Positions 1 to 11,100 of a stretch of 64,000 nt of DNA are shown here, in pieces (position 1 is the first letter of the stretch; each line of letters starts with the position of its first letter). Source of the DNA: Macrostomum hystrix (taxonomy: Eukaryota; Animalia; Platyhelminthes); the NCBI GenBank assembly GCA_950097015.1, contig CATNEN010000008.1, positions 310,001 through 374,000 on the forward strand, in the 5' to 3' direction. The notes below the pieces were generated by a model that saw only the letters and a list, made by a program, of their open reading frames with translations, did not search any database and was not told the DNA's origin. Made by a program: the position numbers and the translations under genes.

Positions 1-460
1 GACGATGACCATGTCTATTTCACTGCACAAATCAGAAGTGTTCGTTTTTTCAAGCAGCATAAAGAAATATAAATTTCAATACCTTTTTGCACATTTTCGC
101 ACGCACACAAACTGTTCTTTTTTAGATAGAATGCATTAACAATTGTCTGTCTGGGTAAAAAGGATTGGGGAAGAGTTGTGTTACAGTATGATGGCGTTGT
201 CCTTAGGTCAAAGATTGCCAATCAAAATAATTTTAGAGCGAGCGGGTGCAATCAGTCACTAAGTCAATCAAAACAGTTAATAGCAACTTCTCACGGCCGT
301 CCTGTCGTCATCGCGTTAACAAAAATGATACAGAGCCCTGACAATCCATGCTGAGAGATTTGAGGCTTATAAAACATAAAAAACCCTCTTAATTCGAAAC
401 AAGAAACTATTTGATAGTTTTATCATCGGTGCGGGGGGGGTCGGGATGCCGCAGTTCAAA

Positions 461-2343
461 ATGTCGGCACCGATCGCGGCTCTAATTTCCGTGCTGAGCC
501 TGCTCGCCTGTCCGCACAGCCTGCAGTCCTGCCAGCCGCCCTTCCAGTCCGTGTCCGGCTTCTGCCTGCTCGTGAACACCACAGCCGCAGTCCACTGGTG
601 CCAGGCAGCCGGTCTGTGCCTGGAGGCTCGCCGCGAGCTGGCGATGGAGCCGGCCGCCATTCGGGCTGCTGCGCCCTTAGCAACAAACACCGCGATCCTG
701 CTTTTAGCGTCATCGTCATGATCGGCGTCACCGACATGCTGGAGGAGCGGAACGTAGACAGGTCAGCTGACAGGTCAGCTGTCAGCTGAAAAACAAATCA
801 CGGAAGGGATTGCAGAACTGCTAGAATTTTATTACCTCATTAGGCTTGCATGGAACGTCAATAAAAACATGACATATTCACTTTGGAATTGTGAAGCTGA
901 AGCCTGGGCGTCCAGTTAGTTTTGACTAGTTGTAGCTAGTTATCTTCGCCGTTAAGAGCGAATTAGCTGCTCAAGGCAAGCAAAACACGATATCAAAAAA
1001 AGTTAAATTTCTGTTTTCTTCTAGCCGGCGTCAATCAGGAGTTTCAGTGCCTTTTTACAGTGGGACTACGAAGCCATATTTCGCCTGTTTTTATACCAAG
1101 GAGGGATTTTTCCCTGTCCGAAAAAATGCGAAACATTTTTGGCAGCGCCTGAATGCCAACAGCGTTTGGGTGGTGACTGATTGGTTGACAGACTAGGCGA
1201 TGGTGTCCTGTGAGCTGCGCCTAATATTTAGGCTTGGTCAGTGAAATTGGAGAAATTCGCGTCAGGGTGTCCATATTGGCCTAATTTCACCTGTTGTAGC
1301 CCTAAAGGTCGGTGACCACCGAAGACGGAGATGATGCAGGCACATTCGGGTGACATGCTGATGAATTTTGAAGGCCTGGCAAGGCCGCACTGAGGCGCAG
1401 CGCTAATTCTTGTATAGGGGTGTGCGAAATACACTAGCGCTTAAGGGAAAAATCAGACCTTCGGCCAGAACCATTGAATATCTCGACGGTCTGAAGAGCT
1501 GGCGACTTGTTTCTTGAGTTTCGTGAAATGTGTCGAGTTGATGACCGGGCCTTTCAGTTTTATGAGACGAAAAATGACGGATTTAATGATAATCACTGAT
1601 TGAGCGAATTTTCGCTTTTAAACCATGTTTCATTGTTCGTCCGAGTACGTTAGTATTCAAATATTTTCTAAATTTTACTATTAAATATTGATTAAAATGC
1701 AAACGAATTATTCCGCTAACAGGCGTCAAAGCCTCAATCAATCGATTTTTGAGCTTGGAGTAAGGAGGTTTTAGTTTTTAAAATCTTTCCACAAACGACA
1801 GAATTCAATTACGCAGACGTCAATAAAAAACAGTTTCAAGTCTTAAAGTGACTCATTCTTTTTTATTAACCTTGAACTAAAAGCAAATTGTTCATTTTGC
1901 GACTTACAAACAGAACCGGCTGGCGAATGGCCAACTGAAGCCAGTTCGTGGTCCCTGACACCGACTGGTCAGTGAACTCGCCAAACAATGCGGACAGCTC
2001 CGATGACATGCTGGCCTTAGGACGAGGGAAATTATGGGATCTTTGGAATGGCAGTCAGTGCGGCTTCGTCTGCCAGCCCGTGGCGACGCCGAACAGCGGC
2101 ACCTTCCGTCGAGCCAGCTTCCTGCAGCTGGGCGACATCACGCCCTACTACTGCTACACGGAGCTGCAGTCGGTGCAGCGAAGGCTGCTCTGCGTTCGCC
2201 TGTGCGCTGCCCGCTGGGAGTGCCGGGCGGCTCTGTTCAACCGGGCCGAGGCTCGCTGCCGCATGCTGGACTTCGCCGATGCCAGCGTCGGCGACGCCAT
2301 CGAGAAGAGCGGCGCCTGGGAGAAGTTCGTCAAGGTCTACTGA
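461..2343 (+). pseudogene. C-type lectin + PAN/apple secreted protein, copy 1 (exons 461-761, 1914-2343), disabled
   Basis: Signal peptide, CTLD motifs and C-terminal PAN-like CxxxC...C pattern; GT at 762, AG at 1912-1913. Relative to copy 2 it has a frameshift near 665-700 and an in-frame TGA at 1936-1938 (GGC in copy 2). Confidence 0.8.
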
Positions 2344-2815
2344 GACAGCGCGTTGCTACCTGAAGCTGCAAACGAACTGTGCAATGTTTGTGGCTTGCGT
2401 CAAAATCTGCGGACTGTTAAACCACTGCCGCTTTTTTCTCTGCATTTTGCAGCCACTGAATCAGTTGCCGAAGGCGTCAATAGTAGTTAATTGCACAGCG
2501 CTCTGTGCGTTCAGTAACAAACCGACTGCATCAATAAACGGGAAGCTACGACTATTATCGGCCGACGTCGCCTAGAGTTTTCCCATTGAAGCCCGATAAG
2601 CGGATGTACGAGCGTATTTTGGCCTGCTTTATTCACGAATATTGCACAGACGGGTTCAACCAGGTACTCACAAATGCAGCGCAAAATATACCATAGCTAG
2701 CTCGTTCGCGTATTTAGATTGCGAGCTACTCTTGAAAATTTGAGGCATGTATTTTCTTTCCTGAGAAAGGGAACCATTAAAACAAGCCTTACCGATCGAT
2801 TCCCAGACCTCAATC

Positions 2816-3340
2816 ACCATTCCATTCCATTCCACTCCATTCTTCCATTCCATTCCACTTCATTCTTCCATTCCATTCCATTCCACTCCATTCTTCCATT
2901 CCATTCTATTCTTCCATTCCATTTTATTCTTCCGTTCCATTCCATTCTTTCATTCCATCCCATTTTTCCATTCCATTCCACTGCATTCTTCCATTCCATT
3001 CCACTCCAGTCTTCCATTCCATTCCATTCAATTCTATTCTTCCATTCCATTTTATTCTTCCGTTCCATTCCATTTTATTCTTCCGTTCCATTCCATTTTA
3101 TTCTTCCGTTCCATTCCATTCTATTCTTCCATTCCATTGCATTCTTTCATTCCATTCCATTCCATTCTTTCATTCCATTCCATTTTTCAATTCCATTCCA
3201 TTGCATTCTTCCATTCCATTCCATTTTATTCTTCCATTTCATTCCATTCCATTTTTTCATTCCATTCTAATTAACTCTTCCACTCCATTCTTCCATTCCA
3301 TTCCATTCCATTTTATTCTTCCATTTCATTCCATTCCATT
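2816..3340. repeat. Degenerate (CATTC)n pentamer satellite
   Basis: Repeated ttccattccattc with attctt/atttt variants; the ORFs called over it are repeat artefacts. Confidence 0.95.
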
Positions 3341-4140
3341 CAAGAACCACGAGCTTCTCAGACTAGAAAAAAAGCTAGAACTCCTTGTACTTCCTTGTTG
3401 TGATGCAAAAAGTTGCTTTCGCTGCATCGACTGAAGAATTCACGAGAATAGCCTAATTTGGCGACTGCTTCAGGACGAACTGTCGTGAGCTTTTCATCGG
3501 CTTCAAGGTATTAGTGATTCAACACGTTGGCCCAGGCCTCAGGTTAAGATGAATAGACTCATTATTAAACATTGTTCAGTCCAATCGTTTTCGGAAAACT
3601 GTTAGCACACTGTTGGTCGCTATATTCATAAGCGCTGATAGGAGACTACGATGAACCCAATGAGTAAATAGAATTGGTCATTCTTCTCAAATTGAACTTT
3701 TAATTACACAGAACAGTGAACAATGTTTTCACAAGACGAACAGCTCTATCACCTATCTACAAGTTTAGTGACTAAAAATAGTTTGTTTTAGCTGACAAAT
3801 GACTCCAACGATAAATTGAAAAAACAAACACTTAAAACATGATGTTAAATTGCTTCTCTTTCTTAGGAAAAATGACAGCCAATAAAGACAATTTAAACAT
3901 GACCCCGTTCATTCAGCGTTCAGCCAATGGAATAAGAGGCCGTCCAATTCAAACTACTGACATCTTCTGGATCAGAAGCTCTAGCCACTGGGCTACAGAT
4001 GCAGTGTGTAACTATAAAAATGTATTTTCCATACGTGCCTAGCTACGTGGTTGACGCAGAAGACTTGGATGCCTCCACTATAAGAATAATTGCAATCTTC
4101 TCCGCTGGCTAATTTCACACCGCAACATCCCACTGACAGA

Positions 4141-5100
4141 ATGTCTGCTGGCCTTGCGTTCCTCCTGGCGGTGCTGAGCCTCCTCGCCTGTCCGCACAGC
4201 CTGCAGTCCTGCCAGCCGCCCTTCCAGTCCGTGTCCGGCTTCTGCCTGCTCGTGAACACCACAGCCGCAGTCAACTGGTGCCAGGCAGCCCGTCTGTGCC
4301 AGGAGGCTCGCGGCGAGCTGGTGATGGAGCCAGCCGCCATTCGGGCTGCAGCGTCCTCTAACACAACGCTGATTCTGTGGGTCGGCGTCACCGACATGCT
4401 GGAGGAGCGGAGCAGCAGCAGGTTAGCCTTCTGAAAATTGTGATGATTAAAAGGTTGACTTTTGCTGCGCTCTGACACAATTTCAATCTGGGAAAACAGA
4501 AGCTTCGTTCGTACGTTGACAAATTCGAGTGTCGCTATGAACGCAGACAGTGACACCAACAGATAAAGTATGTTTAAGCGAAGGGTACATCGAAATTCTT
4601 GAAAAGCATATGAGAACGCACACTTTTGTCCAGCTCTAACTCGCAGTAACAAATTATTTCCTCTGCTCAGAGTCGGCTGGCAAATGGCCAACGGCAGCAG
4701 GTTGGTTGTCTTTGACTCGGACTGGTGGACGAACAGACCAAACAACCTTGACAGCTCGGATGACCTGCTAGCTCTTCAAGCGGGCGGTTTGAACGATTTG
4801 CGATTTCTCTCATTGGTCGGCTTCATCTGCCAGCCTGTGGCGACGCCGAACAGCGGCACCTTCCGTCGAGCCAGCTTCCTGCAGCTGGGCGACATCACGC
4901 CCTACTACTGCTACACGGAGCTGCAGTCGGTGCAGCCCAAGCTGCTCTGCGTTCGCCTGTGCGCTGCCCGCTGGGAGTGCCGGGCGGCTCTGTTCAACCG
5001 GGCCGAGGCTCGCTGCCGCATGCTGGACTTCGCCGATGCCAGCGTCGGCGACGCCATCGAGAAGAGCGGCAGCTGGGAGAAGTTCGTCAAGGTCTACTGA
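4141..5100 (+). CDS. C-type lectin + PAN/apple secreted protein, copy 2 (exons 4141-4421, 4671-5100; 236 aa), intact
   Basis: Phase-2 intron (ag|gttagc ... ctgctcag|a) joins an open frame: signal peptide, FCLL..NWCQAARLC, LWVGVTD, GWQMANG, W...RPNN, LND, FICQ, then CVRLCAARWECRAALFN...CRM (PAN/apple-like). Confidence 0.85.
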
Positions 5101-6611
5101 GTGGAGTCTGGGCCAGTCAGAATCATGCAAAGCAATCCAAAATCCACGTTTTTTACTACAATATAAATTGTCCGTTTGCGTATAGTCTATGGGTTAGCCA
5201 GCATGACTTTAGTTAAAAGTATTATATATTCAAAGTCGCATTAGCATAGAAATGCTAAATTCAATAAACAAATTCAATAATAAATTCAATAAAGAAGTCT
5301 GAAGAGCTGGCGACTTGTTTCTTGTTTCAGAAGATGCGCAGCAAAAAGTTGGCCCGTGTTCTTGAGTTTCGTGTGCTTGCATTGTTCCGTTCGGGTGCAG
5401 CAAAAAATTGTCAGGGGGAATTCCCCCCTTGGTATAAAAACGGGCGGCAAAATGGCTTGGTAGTCCTACTGTTAATTGGTGATTATCGAATTGCAGCAAA
5501 CGTAGTGAATTTTCTGCCTATTCTGCTGACCCCTGAGCATAGAAGGGACACGGATGAGAAGTGCTCACATCTGCACTGATTTAGTTGTGTTCAGACAGTG
5601 TACATTCCTACTGTGTTTGCAGTCGGATACTCAGCCAGTATATGACCACTTTCACCATCTGAATCAAAACTTTTCCACCCCTTACGATGAACTAACTTTC
5701 AAAGCCATCCGACGTCAGCATCGTTGAGATATTCAGCGATCGTTGCCCTAGACCCGACAAGGTGACAAGGACAACTAACCTCGTTCATAATTGGTACAAA
5801 CTCACACGCTTTTAGCCAGGATTGCTAAGTATGCTTCTAGCCTAGGACAATTAATAAAAATTAATAAAACCGTAAACTTTTTTTCAACTTATACTATTAT
5901 AAATATAGATAAGTTATCATCTGTATTGTTAGAGAACAGTACAGCAGACAAGTAGAACGGAAAACAATGTCTAACAGATATAAACATACAAAACAAGGCG
6001 ACTTTGCAGATTGGTAATCAGCATCACTAGGAAATCTCCAACTAGTGAAATATTAGCTTAATAGCTATTGCATCGAGTGGGACAATTATCACAAAAATAT
6101 TTGCTCGCAAGACAGCGCTAAACATAAAAAACATCGGACCCTGGTTTCCGCATTTTTCTATATTTTTTGGTTGACGGAGTGCCACAGTGCACAGCAGGTG
6201 AGGCGCCAGCTCATGTTAAAGAGTTTCAACTGAACAATTGTTGCTGACAGCTGTCTGATAAGCTAACAAGAACAAAAGCCACTGTTGCAAAACCCGGTGA
6301 AATCCACAAAACACAAAAACTGGAACGAATGCGGCATGCATAGCAACTAAATTGACAAGGTAAAAAACATTTTACAACTGAAAATTTCACAGACAGGAAA
6401 TTTTTTAACAAAATTTTTAACATTTTTTAACTCTTTCCTAACATTTGCATTATGATATAGCTGATTACGTTAAAGACTTAAGTGCAGTGAGCAGTTGTGA
6501 ACAAAATAGGTAACAAAAATTCGATAGCAGTTGCAAATATATTTGTGCGATACAACGTGGCCTTCCTCAGCGGCGAATGCGACATAAACAATCCCTAGCA
6601 ACTGGTTACAG

Positions 6612-7394
6612 ACTGTCTGTAACATGCTACACCTGTCTGTAACAGGCTACACACTTGTCTGTAACAGGCTACACCTGTCTGTAACAGGCTACACCTGTCT
6701 GTAACAGGCTACACCTGTCTGTAACAGGCTACACACCTGTCTGTAACAGGCTACACCTGTCTGTAACAGGCTACACCTGTATGTAACAGGCTACACACCT
6801 GTCTGTAACAGGCTACACCTGTCTGTAACAGGCTACACCTGTCTGTAACAGGCTACACCTGTCTGTAACAGGCTACACCTGTTTGTAACATGCTACACCT
6901 GTCTGTAACAGGCTACACACTTGTCTGTAACAGGCTACACCTGTCTGTAACATGCTACACCTGTCTGTAACAGGCTACACCTGTCTGTAACAGGCTACAC
7001 CTGTCTGTAACAGGCTACACACCTGTCTGTAACAGGCTACACCTGTCTGTAACAGGCTACACCTGTCTGTAACATGCTACACCTGTCTGTAACAGGCTAC
7101 ACACCTGTCTGTAACAGGCTACACCTGTCTGTAACAGGCTACACACCTGTCTGTAACAGGCTACACCTGTCTGCAACATGCTACACCTGTCTGTAACAGG
7201 CTACACACCTGTCTGTAACAGGCTACACCTGTCTGTAACAGGCTACACCTGTCTGTAACAGGCTACACACCTGTCTGTAACAGGCTACACACCTGTCTGT
7301 AACAGGCTACACCTGTCTGTAACAGGCTACACACCTGTCTGTAACAGGCTACACACCTGTCTGTAACAGGCTACACACCTGTCTGTAACAGGCT
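6612..7394. repeat. Minisatellite, 20/22-bp unit CCTGTCTGTAACAGGCTACA(CA), about 37 copies
   Basis: Direct reading of the tandem units. Confidence 0.95.
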
Positions 7395-8170
7395 GCCAGT
7401 AAAGGCAGGTGTTATAAGTTTTTTAACGCTTTATCGTCCGCTAATGCGCTAAATCTGAAACGGTGGAGCACACTTTGACATGGGAAAAATCAAGTATTCA
7501 TTGGCAGAGAAAGTGGACAAATACAAAACTGATCGCAGAGAAATGTAGAATACAGACTTTCACGAACCGAAAGAGTTGCAACTGGAATAAAGGATGCCAT
7601 ATTGATTATACATGAATTATAGGTAAGATAAAAGTGCATTTCAAGATCAACAATCGATTTGAGACACAAAACACTTAAGCTGAATAAATATGATAAACAT
7701 CACATAAAAACCCTGCTAACTTGACTCATTTCAAAGTGACAGTACACACAGAATCAGGCGACAAAAATACTGGGAAAATATCCGATGGCACAACAAAAGA
7801 TCAGAAAACACCAGAATTTCATTCGAACCCAGGCTTAAAATGAAATCCCATGCGGCAGTATTGTGAAATACATAAGTTTCTCACGTACATTAATCCCAAA
7901 ATTAAATCCTAGTTACAAGAATCAGAAATGTAAAATTCCACAAAAAATACAAAATGTGAAAACCCAGGTACAAAAATCCTAAAGTTTGAAATCCTAAATA
8001 CAATAATCCCAAAGTTTGAAATCCTAAATACAATAATCCCAAAGGCTAAATCCAAGATACAACAATCTTGAGGATAAAATCAACGATACTTAAAGAAGTA
8101 CTTAAAATCCTAATAGTTAAATCCAAGATACAAAAATCCCAAAGGTAAATTGCTTCCCACAGATTATTGT

Positions 8171-11100
8171 TCACAAAGGAGCCACGGCGCTAGGTTCTGC
8201 GCTGTACTGGCCGCTAACAATGCGCCGCTTATTAACATCCAGCCGATAACTAGAGCCAACCAGAGCGAAGCTGCAGTCTGAGAAGCTGCTATTGTCCAGC
8301 ATGAATTGCACTCGGACAGGCCCGGGCACAGTTGGCCCGCCGCTAAGCAGAAACTTGGCCTTTAAAACTGTCCTGTCTGTCGGGCTGGCCGGCACGACTG
8401 CCTCCCAGATGGACAGGCGGGTGTCCGGCAGCCAGCGGCCTGCGGGCAGCGACTGCATGTCCAGCACGCCGCCGGACACTTCGGCCTGGGGGAGGGCGGA
8501 GCGAAGACGATTTTTAAGCTAGATCCCAAATGGGGATTCTTTAAGATAGATTCCAAATGGGGATTCTTTAAGCTAGATCCCAAATGGGGATTCTTTAAGC
8601 TAGATCCCAAATGGGGATACTTTAAGCTAGATCCCAAATGGGGATTCTTTAAGCTAGATTCCAAATGGGCAATTCTTTAAGCTAGATCCCAAATGGGGAT
8701 TCTTTAAGCTAGATCCCAAATGGGGATTCTTTAAGCTAGATCCCAAATGGGGATTCTTTAAGATAGATCCTAAAATAGGATTTAACGGTTAGAAAAAAAT
8801 TACTCCCGTGAAACCAAAATTTACCGAGCTCAGAGATCCCATTTTAAACTATTATAAAGGCCAGATCCAATAATGTAATTTTTAAGCCTGGATCCCAAGA
8901 ATTAATCCTGTGTCTTAATCCCAAACGTGTTGCCACTCGCACCAAGGTCCCTAAGTTCGATTCCACGGCGGGGCCACATTTATTTGGGGCGCAGCCGCGG
9001 AGAGAAGGCTTGGGGGCTTGTAATGAGAGCCCAGGGTACAGTGAAGTGTACACTGCCTGATGATGAGAAAGTCAGGGCAGATGTACACACCTGTGTGAGC
9101 GTATGCCTGCGTACAGTATCTGGTCGTCTGTGCCCAGGAGTCAGCGAAATGGGCAGCATTGCCTCCTCGCTGGCTGCAGGTCTAGTGTCACTAAATGATG
9201 TGCCACTGCCCGCAGTCCTGCAATAAAAAATCCTAAATGGAAATTCTCTAAGCCAGATCCTGATTCTTTAGGCCAGATACACAATGGGGATTATAAAATG
9301 TGTGATTTAGGCGTTTTAAGCCGGATCCCCCGCGTAACTCACCGAGACTGACACCTTCTCTACCAGCAGAGCTGAGGTCGGGTGCCGGTTGAGCTCAACC
9401 CGCAGGTCAGTGTGCTCCGGCTCGCAGTTCCAGCAGGCGCGCACAAACACAGGCCCGGGCGTGACAATGGGCAGTTGCAGATCGTAGGTCAGGACTTCCA
9501 TGCTGAGGAACTGAACGCCGGGCCGCTCTCTGGCCAGCCGCTTCAGCTCCTCGGCTAGCGCGGCCGGATCCACAGTCAGCTGCAGACTGTTGGACTCGGC
9601 GAATTCCCTGCGAGTGTGACGCAAAAATATTCTCAAGAGTAGAAAGATCTCGGTGGCATTTCAAATAGCCACAGTTCTCTATTTTCTGTATCTCCAAATA
9701 TATTCAACCGATCGCCATGAAAACCAAGAACACGGGATACAATTTCCCACTCAATCCGATGAAACAACTACAAAACATCGGCATCGTCGAGATGTTCAAC
9801 AATTCTCGTCCGGGTGTATGCTCACAAAATTTCCTCATGTAACCATTTTGGCCATTATTTTGAGGTATTTTGGATTGATTAAAAGCCTTTTTTCTTCATT
9901 AAAAAAACCCAAAATGGATTCACTATAAAAGTTTATACAAGGCCGTGTTAACTGTTCTTGTCACCAGGGTCTTCGACAAAAATCGCAGAATATCTCGATT
10001 GTGTTGACTCTGACGGCTTCAAAGGTTAGTTTATTGTAAGCTCCTTTCACTAAAATCGATCATTCTATAGTCCCCTAGCAACTCACTCCTTGACCAATCT
10101 GCTTGAGGCTCGGTGCTGGCCAAGAAGGCCGGTGTCGCACAGTCGAAATAGCAGGCCAGGCAAGGGCTGCGACAGTCGGGACAGCAGCTGCGATGCAGGG
10201 AACGACAGCGTGAGGCTGCCCTGAACCCGGAACTTGCACTGGTCGCCAGACCAGCGGCAATGGATGGTTTCGGTTAGGAGGGCGTTTAGTGGCGCCGGTT
10301 CCCGATCGCTGCGATCCAATGGTCGCGACACTGGCGGCAGAGGCGGCGCAGGCAACGACGGCGGCGGATGCGACGGAGGCGAGGAGGCGGACTGCGCCTG
10401 CGGAGGCGGAGGCGGCGGCATCGAAGGCATGGGCGACTGTTCCTGCTGCTGCTGCTGCTGCTGTTTAATATTTTGCTCGAAGCTGTTGCCGTCGAAGGCG
10501 CCAAAGTCAAACGGATCGACTGACTGACGTCGCTGACGCTGCTGCTGGAAGGCGCCGGCACCGCCGCGACTCCAGTCTGGCGTCTTTGGGCGTGGCCGAG
10601 CTCTCGACGGCGGCCGCTCGATGCCGCCGGATCCGTTGGGGTCGAAGGAAGGGAACACCGAGTTGCCGGAGCTGGCGCCAGTGCGGGACGAGGGCCGGAA
10701 CATGGCAGCTGACGGGCTGGGGCCGAACAGCTTCATGGAGGTGGTGACGTTGACGATCTCATCCGTGTTGGCCACGGGCTTCTTTTCCTCCTTGATGCGC
10801 ACCTGAAACACGTTTTCAGGGAATGGCTAATCCCACTCTTTATCTCGAATTTACTCTTCAGCTCATAGTTATAATCTAGCTCATAGTCCCTCTCTAGCTT
10901 ATAGTCACTCTCCATCGAATAGTCACTCTCCATCTCGTAGTTACTCTCCAGCTCATAGTCATACTCTAGCTCATAGTCACTCTTCAGCTCATAGTCACTC
11001 TTTAGCCGATAGTCACTCTCTAGCTGATAGTCACTCTCCAGCTCATAGTCACTCTCCATCTCAGAGTCACTCTTTTCAAAGTCACTCTCCAGCTCATAGT

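Noticed and set aside
1936-1938. TGA as selenocysteine or readthrough in lectin copy 1
   Set aside because: The position is Gly in the paralogue, I saw no SECIS, and the gene also has a frameshift.
9040-9085. Hammerhead-like CTGATGA...GAAA GTC in the SINE hairpin
   Set aside because: There is no room for stems II and III, and most copies read CCGACGA, CTGTCGG or CCGACGG; it is simply a hairpin loop.
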